From positions 5,205 through 69,204 of the forward strand of contig JANNPN010000214.1 in NCBI GenBank assembly GCA_031400185.1: a stretch of 64,000 bases of DNA, in the 5' to 3' direction. The notes beneath the pieces were generated by a model. That model saw nothing but the letters and a program-made list of their open reading frames with translations. It had not been told where the DNA came from and did not search any database. The stretch's first letter is position 1, and every line of letters starts with the position of its first letter. Of the stretch, positions 1-9,882 are shown in pieces. The position numbers and the translations under genes were made by a program. The stretch comes from Polyangiaceae bacterium. Its GTDB lineage: Bacteria > Desulfobacterota > Binatia > UTPRO1.

Positions 1-119
1 TTCCGTGTTTTCAGCGCCTGCTGCATCGGCGTGAACAGTAGGACACGCATCAGCTGCCAGAAGACGACGAAGCCAACGAGCTGAATGACGAATGTTATGT
101 CTGGGGGAAGCTTGATCAC
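1..119 (-). CDS. atpF: ATP synthase F0 subunit b, N-terminal fragment running off the window (GTG start at 119)
   Basis: Minus-strand translation ...VIKLPPDITFVIQLVGFVVFWQLMRVLLFTPMQQALKTR resembles the b-subunit N-terminal TM helix; in-frame stop upstream limits start to GTG at 117-119. Confidence 0.4.
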   Translation of the reverse strand, partial: MIKLPPDITFVIQLVGFVVFWQLMRVLLFTPMQQALKTR

Positions 120-214
120 GCGATCACTATCGAAAGTTGTAGGTGGAGACGGCGGCGGCCCCGAACGGCCGGCCGTCGAGATAGAACATCAGTCGTCGAG
201 CCCGCTCGCGAAAA

Positions 215-775
215 TTATTTGGCGGCCTCGGATTGCACCTTCGCGGCAAGTCCGTCGGAAATCTTATCGTCCTTCGGGAACGGCGTGACCTTGCGGTCGA
301 CCTTCGCGGTCTCTGCGCCGCCCATCGAGCAATGCCCTTCGAAGATGACGCCTTCTTGTATGATCAAGCTCGGGGTCGTCACGTTGCCGAATAGCTTGCC
401 GGGAGCACGGATTTCTACGCGCTTGCGGGCCGTGATGTCGCCGGTCACGCGGCCCTTGATGATGACCGTGCTGCCCGTGATCTGCGCGTTGACGATCGCG
501 GGTTCACCGACGATCAACGTGTCTTGCGCGTTGATCTCGCCCTCGACCTGTCCGTCGACGCGAACCGTTCCCTCGAAGTTCAGCTTGCCGGTGACGCGAC
601 TTCCCTTGCCGAGATACGCGTTCACCTCGCCGGCGACGGCCGCGGGCACCGCTTCCTTGTCGAGTCCCTCGCGCTCTATGCGCGGCGGCTCGTCGATTGC
701 GGCCCGAATTTCCTGCGATTCGAAACGATCGCTGCGATCGTTGCGATCGCGATTCTCTTTGCCGAAGAGCGCCAT
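215..775 (-). CDS. bactofilin (DUF583 beta-helical cytoskeletal protein)
   Basis: MALFGK N-terminus at internal Met with AAGGAAG RBS 8 nt upstream; repetitive V/I-x-G beta-helix core (GEPAIVNAQITGSTVIIKGRVTGDITARKRVEIRAPGKLFGNVTTPSLIIQEGVIFEGHC) typical of bactofilins. Confidence 0.8.
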   Translation of the reverse strand: MALFGKENRDRNDRSDRFESQEIRAAIDEPPRIEREGLDKEAVPAAVAGEVNAYLGKGSRVTGKLNFEGTVRVDGQVEGEINAQDTLIVGEPAIVNAQITGSTVIIKGRVTGDITARKRVEIRAPGKLFGNVTTPSLIIQEGVIFEGHCSMGGAETAKVDRKVTPFPKDDKISDGLAAKVQSEAAK

Positions 776-897
776 AGAGGGCTTCCTTTCGACGGTCTGC
801 TCGCTGTGTTGCCGACCCAAAACCGCGTCGTCTTAGCACCCGTTTCCGGGCCTTGTCAAAAATGACCGCGGCGCGGGACGACGCCAGGATCAGCCGC

Positions 898-1782
898 TTA
901 CCAGTCGCGTTTCGCGATGCGTGCGACGATGCCGTCCAACTCCTCGCGCGAGTAGTATTCGATCTCGATGCGACCACCCTTGCCTTTGGGCGTGATGCGC
1001 ACGCGCGTACCAAGGGCCGTCGAGAGATCACGTTCCAGTGCCGCGCGGTGCGGATCGCGCGTTTGAGGCCGGGCCGCGGTGCCCTTCCGTGCTGCAGCGA
1101 GTTGCTCGGCATCTCGCACGGACATCTGCCGCGTTTGAATTTGCTTCGCCGCACGAATCTGCGCGTCCGCGTCGTCGATCGAAAGCAATACGCGCGCGTG
1201 CCCTGCGGTGAGGCGACCGCGCGCCAAGTCTTTCTTGATCGATTCCGGAAGCCGCAGCAGACGGAGGGCGTTGGCGACTGCCGGCCTGCTCTTCCCGACC
1301 CGCTCCGCGACTTGCTCCTGCGTGTGCCCGAACTCCTCGATGAGTCGCTGATAAGCGGCTGCCTCTTCGAGCGGGCTGAGATCGTCGCGCTGGATGTTCT
1401 CGACGAGCGCCAGCTCGAGGCTTTCGCCGTCGGTGATGTCGCGGACGAAGACGGGCACGTGGGTCAGACCGGCGCGTTCGGCCGCACGCAAGCGCCGTTC
1501 GCCGGCGACGAGCTCGTAGTCGCCCTCGGCGCTCCGGCGCACCAGAAGCGGCTGCAGAACGCCTTGCACGCGTATGGAGTTTACGAGCTCGGCGAGTGCT
1601 GCTTCGTCGAACTCGATGCGTGGCTGGCGTGGATTGGGCCGGATCTTGTCGATGGCGACCAGCAGATCGGGAGCCGCGGACTCGGACGCCGATGCCTCGC
1701 CCGGCGAGACGCGACCCGCGCCAGGGATCAAGGCGTCGAGGCCCCGGCCGAGCGCCTTGCGCATGCCCTTGTCACCCAACAA
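898..1782 (-). CDS. parB: chromosome partitioning protein ParB (Spo0J)
   Basis: ALGRGLDALIP N-term, ParB box GERRLRAAERAG, HTH, full length 294 aa; overlaps parA by 11 nt. Confidence 0.9.
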   Translation of the reverse strand: MLGDKGMRKALGRGLDALIPGAGRVSPGEASASESAAPDLLVAIDKIRPNPRQPRIEFDEAALAELVNSIRVQGVLQPLLVRRSAEGDYELVAGERRLRAAERAGLTHVPVFVRDITDGESLELALVENIQRDDLSPLEEAAAYQRLIEEFGHTQEQVAERVGKSRPAVANALRLLRLPESIKKDLARGRLTAGHARVLLSIDDADAQIRAAKQIQTRQMSVRDAEQLAAARKGTAARPQTRDPHRAALERDLSTALGTRVRITPKGKGGRIEIEYYSREELDGIVARIAKRDW

Positions 1783-2545
1783 CGTTATGAACCAGCTCTT
1801 CCGTCAAAGCGGCGTATGCCTTCGCGCCGCGTGAATTCGCATCGTACACCATCGCCGGGACACCGTAACTGGGGCATTCGCTCAACCTGACATTTCGAGG
1901 AATTACTGACTTGAAGACCTGGTCTGGGAAGTGTTGCCTCACCTCGTTCACGACTTGATGGGCCAGGCTGTTACGAGTATCAAACATTGTTAATAAAAGC
2001 CCCTCGATTCCGAGATTTGGATTCAGACCCTGGCGAATGAAGCCGATGGTGTCGAGGAGCGCGCTCAGTCCCTCCAGGGCGTAGTACTCGCACTGCAGCG
2101 GGATGAGCACGGCATCGGCCGCACAGAGGGCATTTACGGTCAGAAGTCCGAGCGACGGCGGACAATCGATGATGATGAAATCGTATTGCCGTCGGAGCGT
2201 GGTGATAGCCTCTTGCAGCCGGAACTCACGACGCGGCAGCGGCACCAATTCGATCTCAGCGCCGATGAGATCGCGGCTCGCCGGCATCAGCGAGAGGTTC
2301 TGAACCTGGGTCGGCCGAACGATCTGTTCGATCGCCTTCTCGCCGATCAGGGCATGGTAGACCGAGGCCTCGACCTCATGAGGATGGACGCCAAGGCCGC
2401 TCGTCGCGCTCGCCTGCGGGTCGAGATCGATCAAGAGCGTCGGCTGCCCCGCCAGGGCGAGCCCAGCGCTCAGATTGACCGATGTAGTTGTTTTTCCTAC
2501 TCCGCCCTTTTGATTGGCGACCGCTAGAACCCGTCCCACGAACAC
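1772..2545 (-). CDS. parA: chromosome partitioning ATPase ParA (Soj)
   Basis: Deviant Walker A VLAVANQKGGVGKTTT, 257 aa, upstream of parB. Confidence 0.9.
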   Translation of the reverse strand: MFVGRVLAVANQKGGVGKTTTSVNLSAGLALAGQPTLLIDLDPQASATSGLGVHPHEVEASVYHALIGEKAIEQIVRPTQVQNLSLMPASRDLIGAEIELVPLPRREFRLQEAITTLRRQYDFIIIDCPPSLGLLTVNALCAADAVLIPLQCEYYALEGLSALLDTIGFIRQGLNPNLGIEGLLLTMFDTRNSLAHQVVNEVRQHFPDQVFKSVIPRNVRLSECPSYGVPAMVYDANSRGAKAYAALTEELVHNVVG

Positions 2546-2636
2546 CTCCGCGCTATCAAAACGGCCGAGCGCTCACGTAGCACAGAACCCCCCTTCAGGC
2601 AAAGCGCGATGTACGGTCATCCCCAGTTGTTCCAGT

Positions 2637-2652
2637 TGTTTCACGTGGAACA
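2637..2652. promoter_or_regulatory. parS-like site TGTTTCACGTGGAACA (1 mismatch to consensus), preceded by tandem CCAGTTGTT CCAGTTGTT
   Basis: Direct match to parS consensus TGTTNCACGTGAAACA except G at position 11; located 92 bp upstream of parA start. Confidence 0.6.
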
Positions 2653-3244
2653 TTTTGGGGATAACATGCCCGAAGCCTGACAACGGCGCGTCAGGTCGCC
2701 TTCCCGCCACCAGTTTTTGGACGCGTCGCCGTTTGCACAGCAGCACGGCTCCCGTTTCCCCATAGATGCGACAACGGTTGATCAGCGCCGCTACCGGCGT
2801 CGACGCTCGCGCGAGGTCTACCCCGGGTGGGCGACACCAACCTCATAGGACCGTTCAGCGACGCGGTCCCGAGAGACATATCGCAAGATCGTGATGCGAA
2901 TCTCACCTGAGGCGAAGCCCCATGGCATCCCAGGCCTCTGGGTTGTCGGGGTTTCTGGTTCAGATGCACCACTACTGGACAAGCGGTGACCGTAGAGAGA
3001 ATCCCGGGGGGACAAGGCAGCCGATTGGTTGGCCCTGCGGCACGAGCGATCGCCGCAGCGGATCGCAGCCCGCGTCAAGAAAGATCGGCTTCGCGGGCCA
3101 TGCTGCTCCTTGCCCAAGTTGCTCCGGCTCCCGTCAAGCTGTGACGATGAGAAGTCGCTTCCCACGACTGACCCGGAATGTCTTCAACGCGCTCCTCCCA
3201 GACTGAGCATGGGACATCCGCCCTCCACTGCAGCGCCCTTTGGA

Positions 3245-3260
3245 TGTTCCACGTGAAACA
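3245..3260. promoter_or_regulatory. parS site TGTTCCACGTGAAACA (perfect match to TGTTNCACGTGAAACA)
   Basis: 16-bp palindromic parS consensus immediately after the rsmG stop codon. Confidence 0.7.
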
Positions 3261-3905
3261 TCACCCTGGCATTGTCAGGACCTCGACGCAGCGAGGCCGA
3301 TAGTCACCGATCCGGTAGCGCAAAATCGTCTCGCGGACGTACGGGGGTGGCACCGCGTGCAACGGCTCCGAGCGCATCCAAAAGAGTCGGCCGTGGTCCG
3401 CGAGCCACTCCTGTGCAACGCCTCCAAGCGCATCATCCGACCAGGTCGCCCGCGACACGACGGCATCCGCCGTATGGGCGTACTCGGATGGCGGGGTCTC
3501 GGCTCGCTGCTCCAACACCCTGACGTTCGGCAGATCGAGCGTGCGGCGAACCTCGTGTAGGAACGATGCGCGACGCCTTCGCGCCTCGACGAGCACGAAC
3601 CTCTGGTCTGGGCGAAGAATCGCGAGCGGGATTCCGGGGAAGCCCGCGCCGGTTCCGAGGTCGACGATGCATCCACTCGGCAGCGCAGCCACGAGGGCGA
3701 GTGAATCGAGGAGGTGACGCTCGACGAGCTCTCCCGCGGAGCGACACGAAATCAGATTCATCTTTGGCGCCCAGACGTCCAGCACGTCCGCGAAGCGACC
3801 GAGGTTGGTCGCCGCCGAAGGACTGATCTCAATTCCGAGCGCCGCGGCGCCCGCGATCAGATGGTCTCGGTCAGCTTCTCGGAGTCGCAAGCTCGTCGAG
3901 CTCAC
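3261..3905 (-). CDS. rsmG: 16S rRNA (guanine527-N7)-methyltransferase RsmG (GidB)
   Basis: SAM-MTase motif [16 protein letters not shown]; conserved position downstream of mnmG; start may be later than 3905 (35-nt overlap with mnmG). Confidence 0.85.
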   Translation of the reverse strand: MSSTSLRLREADRDHLIAGAAALGIEISPSAATNLGRFADVLDVWAPKMNLISCRSAGELVERHLLDSLALVAALPSGCIVDLGTGAGFPGIPLAILRPDQRFVLVEARRRRASFLHEVRRTLDLPNVRVLEQRAETPPSEYAHTADAVVSRATWSDDALGGVAQEWLADHGRLFWMRSEPLHAVPPPYVRETILRYRIGDYRPRCVEVLTMPG

Positions 3906-5706
3906 GGTCGGCTCGATGACGCTTCGACCAAACGGCGAGGATCGCGACGGCGGCCGGCGTCACGCCGGGGATGCGCGCGGCCTGACCGAGTGTCGCAGGC
4001 CTCACGCTCGCGAGCTTCTCGCGCACCTCGCGCGAGAGGGAATGCATGCGGTCGAAATCCAGGTCCGTGGGAAGGGCCTGCTCTTCGAGCCCTTTTAGGC
4101 GAACGATCTCTCGCTCCTGCCGCGCAATGTACCCCGCGTACTTGATCCGGCATTCGACCTCGCTCTGTACTTGTCTGCTGAGGTCCGGTCGAGTGGTCGG
4201 GCGGCGCGCGGCGAGGTCGGCGAGTGCCGTATCCGGTCGTCGGAGCTCGGCAGCAAGCCCCGAGCTCTCGAGGAACTCGACTTCCGACGTGATCTCCGCA
4301 AGGCGCCCCTGCACGCGCTCGAAGCGGTCGCGATCGATCAGCTTCGCCTCGAATGCGATGTCGGTGAGCCGCTCCTCGGCGTTGCCTTCACGGAGCACCA
4401 AGCGGTGTTCCGCGCGCGATGTGAACATCCGGTACGGTTCGCCGCCGATTCCACGAGTGACGAGATCATCGACCATCACGCCGAGGTACGCCTGGTCACG
4501 CCCGATCACGATCGGGGTCTCGCCGTGCGCCGAGCGGGCGGCGTTCAGACCGGCGAGGAGACCCTGTGCGGCTGCTTCCTCGTATCCCGTCGTGCCGTTG
4601 ATCTGGCCGGCATGGAACAGACCCTTCACGACCTTCGTTTCGAGCGATGCATGCAGCTGGATTGGATCGACGTAGTCGTACTCGATCGCGTATCCGGGCC
4701 GCATTATCTCCGCGTGCTCGAGGCCGGCAATCGACCGCACCATCCGCGTTTGGATGTCGAGCGGGAGGCTGGTGGAAAGGCCGTTCGGATAGATCTCGAC
4801 GGTCTCGAGACCCTCGGGCTCGAGAAAGATCTGATGCCGTTCCTTGTCCGCGAAGCGCACGACCTTGTCTTCGATCGACGGACAGTAACGCGGTCCTCGC
4901 GACGTGATGCTGCCAGAGAACATCGCCGATTCCGGGAGGCCCTCGCGCACGATGTCGTGCGTGGCGCTCGTCGTGTAGGCGATCCAGCAGGAGATCTGCT
5001 GTTGGAGGATGCCGGGTCCGTGCGCCGAGAAAGGTACGGGATCCTGATCTCCGGGCTGCTCGACGAGCGTGCCGAAATCGATCGATCGCCCATCCAGGCG
5101 AGGGCAGGTGCCGGTCTTGAGACGGCCGACGCGGAAGCCGAGCTCACCGAGATGCTGGCTCAGCCCCTGGATCGCGAGGTCGCCGGCACGACCCCCGGGA
5201 TAGCTCCGCTTGCCGACGTGAATCAGACCCTTCAGGAACGTTCCCGTCGTGAGCACGACGGTCTTTCCCGCGAAGAACTCGCCGAGCTCCGTCTCGACGC
5301 CGCTGACGTGGTCGCGGCTAGTTCGCAGGCGTTCGATGCTCGCCTGGCGAAGCGTCACCCTCGGCGCCGACTCCATCACGCGCTTCATGCGGGCGCGGTA
5401 CAGCGCCTTGTCGGCCTGAGCGCGCGTGGCTCTGACCGCGGGTCCCTTCTTGGTGTTGAGCGTCCGGAACTGGATGCCGGTCTCGTCGATCGCGCGTGCC
5501 ATCTCGCCGCCGAGCGCATCGATCTCCTTTACGAGGTGTCCTTTGCCGATCCCTCCTATTGCAGGATTGCAAGACATTTGCCCGATGTGGTCGAGGTTCT
5601 GAGTGAGTAAGAGAACGTCGGCGCCGGAACGTGCAGCCGCGAGAGCTGCCTCGATTCCCGCGTGGCCGGCGCCGACGACGATGACGTCGTAAATCGTCCC
5701 ACTCAT
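3871..5706 (-). CDS. mnmG: tRNA uridine 5-carboxymethylaminomethyl modification enzyme MnmG (GidA)
   Basis: [24 protein letters not shown] motif, 611 aa, full-length GidA-like. Confidence 0.95.
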   Translation of the reverse strand: MSGTIYDVIVVGAGHAGIEAALAAARSGADVLLLTQNLDHIGQMSCNPAIGGIGKGHLVKEIDALGGEMARAIDETGIQFRTLNTKKGPAVRATRAQADKALYRARMKRVMESAPRVTLRQASIERLRTSRDHVSGVETELGEFFAGKTVVLTTGTFLKGLIHVGKRSYPGGRAGDLAIQGLSQHLGELGFRVGRLKTGTCPRLDGRSIDFGTLVEQPGDQDPVPFSAHGPGILQQQISCWIAYTTSATHDIVREGLPESAMFSGSITSRGPRYCPSIEDKVVRFADKERHQIFLEPEGLETVEIYPNGLSTSLPLDIQTRMVRSIAGLEHAEIMRPGYAIEYDYVDPIQLHASLETKVVKGLFHAGQINGTTGYEEAAAQGLLAGLNAARSAHGETPIVIGRDQAYLGVMVDDLVTRGIGGEPYRMFTSRAEHRLVLREGNAEERLTDIAFEAKLIDRDRFERVQGRLAEITSEVEFLESSGLAAELRRPDTALADLAARRPTTRPDLSRQVQSEVECRIKYAGYIARQEREIVRLKGLEEQALPTDLDFDRMHSLSREVREKLASVRPATLGQAARIPGVTPAAVAILAVWSKRHRADRELDELATPRS

Positions 5707-5721
5707 GGTTCGACGCCGAAC

Positions 5722-7107
5722 CTATTTGCCGAGGCAGAAGTCGGCAAACACCCGGTCGAGGACGTCTTCGCTCGTAATCTCTCCCGTGATCCCTGCGAGC
5801 GCGACAGCAGCCGCCGCCAGGTCGCTCGCGATGAGCTCGAGCGGCGTCCCGACCCTGACCCCGTCCTCCGCACGTAGGAGATCCGCGATCGCCTTTCGTA
5901 GCGCATCGTGATGGCGCGCTCGGAATATCACGACCTCGTCGTCCCGCACGCACTCGACGAACCCGAAGAGTAGGTCGGCCAGTCGCATCGTCAGCTCCCT
6001 TAGGCCCGCGCCCGTGAGCGCGCTCACCTCGACGATGTATGCGCAATGCACGGTAGCGGCGACCGCTTCTCCATCGGCTGCCGGCGGTAGATCGGCCTTG
6101 TTGAGCACGGCGATCGTGGGTTTCTGCGCGACGGCTTCCGCGACGAGCGCATCGTCGGCCGTCAGCACCGAGCTTCGATCGAACACGATCACGACGCAGT
6201 CGGAATCGTCCACCGCCCGTCGGCTGCGTTCGACCCCCATCGCCTCGACGACGTCGGTCGCGTCACGGATTCCCGCCGTGTCCATCAGCACGACCGGCGC
6301 ACCGCGCACGACGATCGACGCTTCGACGACGTCGCGTGTGGTTCCGGGGATCGGCGTCACGATCGCGCGCTCCCTTCCGAGAAGCGCGTTCAGCAAACTC
6401 GACTTGCCCACGTTCGGCCGACCGACCAATGCAACGCGGGCACCTCGATATCGCAGCCGGCCCCGCTCGAAGGTCTCCGCCATCACTTCGAGCTCGCCCC
6501 GCACGCGCGCGAGCTGCTGCTCAAGCTCGCGCGCCGCGATCTCGGGCACGTCTTCGTCGGAAAAATCGAGCGACACCTCACAACGTGACCTTGCCTGGAT
6601 CACGCTCTCGCGGAGGCGCCCCACCTGCGCCGACAGTGAGCCCTGGAGCTGCGACCACGCCAATCGCCGGCCGGCCTCGCTCCGCGCTGCGATCAGGTCC
6701 GCGACGGCTTCGGCCTGTGCGAGATCCATGCGACCGTTCTCGAACGCGCGCTTCGTGAACTCTCCGGGCTCTGCGGGTCGCGCTCCCGCTGAACAGAGGC
6801 TTTCGAGAATTCGCTGGGTCACGAGCGTACCGCCGTGACACTGGACCTCTACGACGTCCTCACCGGTGTAGGTTCGGGGCGCGCGCATGCCGAACACCAG
6901 CACTTGGTCGATCGCCTCTTCGCCGTCTGCACCGAGGAGGTTTCCGACGTACACCCGACGCATTTCCGGGATTCCGCCGCCGCCACGCCGCCGGAAAAGA
7001 CGCGCGACGATCGCGTGGGACTCGTTGCCGCTCACGCGCACGACGGCGACGCCGCCGGCCCCCGGAGCCGTCGCTACCGCGACGATGGTATCCCGCGGGG
7101 AGGTCAC
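5722..7107 (-). CDS. mnmE: tRNA modification GTPase MnmE (TrmE)
   Basis: G-domain GRPNVGKSSLLNAL, C-terminal CLGK motif, 461 aa. Confidence 0.9.
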   Translation of the reverse strand: MTSPRDTIVAVATAPGAGGVAVVRVSGNESHAIVARLFRRRGGGGIPEMRRVYVGNLLGADGEEAIDQVLVFGMRAPRTYTGEDVVEVQCHGGTLVTQRILESLCSAGARPAEPGEFTKRAFENGRMDLAQAEAVADLIAARSEAGRRLAWSQLQGSLSAQVGRLRESVIQARSRCEVSLDFSDEDVPEIAARELEQQLARVRGELEVMAETFERGRLRYRGARVALVGRPNVGKSSLLNALLGRERAIVTPIPGTTRDVVEASIVVRGAPVVLMDTAGIRDATDVVEAMGVERSRRAVDDSDCVVIVFDRSSVLTADDALVAEAVAQKPTIAVLNKADLPPAADGEAVAATVHCAYIVEVSALTGAGLRELTMRLADLLFGFVECVRDDEVVIFRARHHDALRKAIADLLRAEDGVRVGTPLELIASDLAAAAVALAGITGEITSEDVLDRVFADFCLGK

Positions 7108-7156
7108 GTGGGACCGCGATGGGGTTGGAGACCGTGAAGCTGAGTGGAACGGCGCG

Positions 7157-8842
7157 CTACGCCGCTGCTTGCTCGGCCGGCCTCGCCGGCTCCCGATTCG
7201 ACCACCACTGCTGCGCGATCGTCAGCACGTTGTTCACGAGCCAATACAGCACCAACCCGGACGGGAAACTGATGAACATCACCGTGAACATCACCGGCAT
7301 GAGGATCATCATCATTCGCTGCTGGGCTGGGTCCATGCCCGTCGCAGGCGACAGCCATTGCTGGAGGATCATGCTGCCACCCATGAGGAGCACGAGGATG
7401 GGAATCGGGATCCCAAGCACGGCGAACTCGTTGCACCCGCTGATCGTCCCTTGTCCGGGCCACGGATAGCACTCGTGTGCCGACAAGTCGCGCACCCAGA
7501 ATGCGAACTTTGCATGGCGGAGCTCGATTGCTTGGCTGAGCGCCTGGTACAGGCCGATGAAGACCGGGAACTGCAGCAGCATCGGAAGACAGCCCCCGAG
7601 GGGGTTCACGCGATGCCGCCGGTAGAGCTCGATCATCTCCTTGTTCAGACGCTCGCGGTCGTCCTTGTACTTCTCGCGGAGCTTCACCATCTGCGGTTGC
7701 AGCCGCTGCATGTCGCGCATCGATCTCATGCTGCGATTGGTGAGCGGGATAAAGAGCACCTTCACGAGGATCGTGAGAAGAATGATGTCGACCCCGTAGT
7801 TGCGGGTGATGCTGTGGAACAACTTCAGAAGGCGGAGCAGGGGAATTGCGAGGAATGAAAACCACCCGAAGTCGACGGCGCGGTCGAGCTGATGTCCCGC
7901 CGCCGCCAGCACCTCAACGTCCTTCGGGCCGACGTACACCGTGAAACGTGTCCCTCCGTCGGGCGCGCGCGCGCTCGTGAGCAGCAACTGAACGCCGCCG
8001 TTCTCGGGGCTGACGGTCGCTCGCGCCTGCGTTGGCTCAGCCGGGATCAGCGCAGCGACGAAGTAATGATCCGCGTAGCTGACCCAGCCGACCGGTGATG
8101 CGAAGGCCTGCGGCGGCGCGGACGCGATGCTGGTCGCGAGCTCGCGCACGACCTTCTTGTCGGCGAGTACGGCGGTCCCGCGGTAGTACAACTCTGGGTC
8201 ACCCGCGACCGCCTCGACGATCTGGTGCCGCCATCCGAGCCCCACGCGCGTGAGTCGGTCGGAGGCGCCGCCCGTACGGACCTCCACCCCGATAGGATAA
8301 CTCGCACCGCTGAAAGTGAGCGTCTTCTCGATCGTCGCCCCAGAGGGCAACGTTCCACGCAGAACGACGGTACCGGTATCCGAGCCCCGAAGGGTGACCT
8401 CGCGATGATCGCTCGCGTAGGCGACCTGCGTGTCGTCCTCGACGACCTTGCCGTCGTCGGATGCGAGTCGGACACCAAGCGGGGCGGCCGCCGTCGGGCC
8501 GACCTGGATCATCTCGAGCGGGGCACTCTCGGACATCACCGCGGTGCGGTACCCCTTGAGCTTGAGGCTGACGATGCGACCGCCGACGGGCGAGATCTCA
8601 GCCGTGAAGACATCGGTCTCGACACGGATCGGCTCGCCGACCGCCACGGGCGCCGCCTCTGCCGGTGCCGGCGCCGCTGCGAGATTTCCTTCAGAGGGTG
8701 CACGGGCCTCCACGGGAGGCGATACTTCCGCGGTGGGTGCGGCTCCCTCGGGCGGCAGCGGATAGAAGTACCGCAGCGCCTCCTGGTAGCCGACCAGCAC
8801 GACGAGACACAAAACCGCTGCGAGAAGCGCGCGCCGTTCCAT
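7157..8842 (-). CDS. yidC: membrane protein insertase YidC
   Basis: 561 aa, N-terminal TM plus periplasmic domain, C-terminal 5-TM 60 kDa IMP core; conserved rnpA-yidD-yidC-mnmE synteny. Confidence 0.9.
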   Translation of the reverse strand: MERRALLAAVLCLVVLVGYQEALRYFYPLPPEGAAPTAEVSPPVEARAPSEGNLAAAPAPAEAAPVAVGEPIRVETDVFTAEISPVGGRIVSLKLKGYRTAVMSESAPLEMIQVGPTAAAPLGVRLASDDGKVVEDDTQVAYASDHREVTLRGSDTGTVVLRGTLPSGATIEKTLTFSGASYPIGVEVRTGGASDRLTRVGLGWRHQIVEAVAGDPELYYRGTAVLADKKVVRELATSIASAPPQAFASPVGWVSYADHYFVAALIPAEPTQARATVSPENGGVQLLLTSARAPDGGTRFTVYVGPKDVEVLAAAGHQLDRAVDFGWFSFLAIPLLRLLKLFHSITRNYGVDIILLTILVKVLFIPLTNRSMRSMRDMQRLQPQMVKLREKYKDDRERLNKEMIELYRRHRVNPLGGCLPMLLQFPVFIGLYQALSQAIELRHAKFAFWVRDLSAHECYPWPGQGTISGCNEFAVLGIPIPILVLLMGGSMILQQWLSPATGMDPAQQRMMMILMPVMFTVMFISFPSGLVLYWLVNNVLTIAQQWWSNREPARPAEQAAA

Positions 8843-8845
8843 CCG

Positions 8846-9088
8846 CTATCGCAAGCTTGAGGGCACGGGATCCACGCCGATCTCCGACCAGGGATGACAG
8901 CGCAGCAAGCGCCACACGGCAAACAACCCGCCGCGCACGATGCCATGGGTCAACACAGCCTGCTCCGCGTACGACGAGCATGTCGGGTGAAAACGGCACG
9001 CGGGGGCGAGAAGCGGCGACACGGCGAGCCGATACGCGCGAATGGGAAGCACGGCAAGAGTCCTCACGACGAGCATGAGACGGCTCAC
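8846..9088 (-). CDS. yidD: membrane protein insertion efficiency factor YidD
   Basis: 80 aa with [15 protein letters not shown]...RLLRCHPW...GVDPVP hallmark. Confidence 0.8.
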   Translation of the reverse strand: MSRLMLVVRTLAVLPIRAYRLAVSPLLAPACRFHPTCSSYAEQAVLTHGIVRGGLFAVWRLLRCHPWSEIGVDPVPSSLR

Positions 9089-9453
9089 TTCGAGTTGGAG
9101 CGAGGTGAAGCGGAAGCATCGAACGCGATCGCGAGCTCGTGTTGCACAACCTGCATGGGAACGGCGCCGACGCCTTCCCTTGCAATGACGATCACGTCAT
9201 GCCCGAGTGCGTCACGTGCCGGATGGCGTCGGAAGACCTCACGAATGCGGCGCTTCAGCCCGTTCCTGGTGACCGCATCACCGACCTTACGACTCACCGT
9301 CACGCCGAGCCTCGCCTCGCCAGACGTACGACGCATGAGCAACACGAAGCTCGCCGTCCGCCGCTTTTCGCCGGTCCGTCCCAATGACAAGAACTCCCGA
9401 CGACGACGAATGCGCGCCGCCTTGGGGAAGCCCTGGCCATGCCGGGGCGTCAT
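9085..9453 (-). CDS. rnpA: ribonuclease P protein component RnpA
   Basis: 122 aa basic protein, RRRxEF / KRRIRE motifs; start overlaps rpmH stop (ATGA). Confidence 0.85.
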   Translation of the reverse strand: MTPRHGQGFPKAARIRRRREFLSLGRTGEKRRTASFVLLMRRTSGEARLGVTVSRKVGDAVTRNGLKRRIREVFRRHPARDALGHDVIVIAREGVGAVPMQVVQHELAIAFDASASPRSNSK

Positions 9454-9608
9454 CTCGGCTGCTTCGGAGGGATCGAGACGGTCAGTCGCTTGCGACCCTT
9501 GGCACGCCTGCGCTTGAGGATGTTACGTCCTCCGGGCGTGGCCATGCGGGCGAGAAACCCATGGGTTCGCTTGCGACGGGTGTTGCTCGGTTGAAATGTT
9601 CGTTTCAT
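9450..9608 (-). CDS. rpmH: 50S ribosomal protein L34
   Basis: Manual minus-strand translation [52 protein letters not shown]; below 60-aa ORF-track cutoff. Confidence 0.85.
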   Translation of the reverse strand: MKRTFQPSNTRRKRTHGFLARMATPGGRNILKRRRAKGRKRLTVSIPPKQPR

Positions 9609-9654
9609 GAAGTGTCGGCCTATCCATCACAGCGGCTGGCCGCTGTCAATTTAC

Positions 9655-9882
9655 TCACGCCACTGCAGCAGGTTCCGCGGCTGCGGCCGCCGTTTTGGTC
9701 TTACCATGCTCATCGCACTTCGATCCGACCGCACGCGGCTTTCGACATGCTTCCGCGGTGCAGATCTTGAAGCGGCCCTTTGGAAGGGTGCCCTGTCGCC
9801 ATTGCTTGTAGTGCCGTGCGCAGTAGCCCTTGCCGACCGCGTCGCGCGCACATCCCTCGAACTTACAGCTACCCTTCGACAT
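9655..9882 (-). CDS. small Cys-rich protein with two tandem C-x4-C-x9-C-x2-H motifs (putative zinc-binding)
   Basis: 75 aa; CKFEGC..YCARH and CTAEAC..KCDEH repeats; basic, Ala-rich tail. Confidence 0.5.
   Translation of the reverse strand: MSKGSCKFEGCARDAVGKGYCARHYKQWRQGTLPKGRFKICTAEACRKPRAVGSKCDEHGKTKTAAAAAEPAAVA

Noticed and set aside
504-1154. 216-aa Arg-rich minus-strand ORF and similar Arg/Pro-rich ORFs throughout
   Set aside because: Low-complexity alternate frames of real genes, as expected in ~70% GC DNA.
4171-5610. 479-aa plus-strand ORF
   Set aside because: Antisense shadow of mnmG.
7080-7100. GGTCACGTGGGACC near-palindrome containing CACGTG
   Set aside because: Flanks do not match the parS arms (TGTT/AACA) and it lies inside the mnmE/yidC coding junction; judged coincidental.
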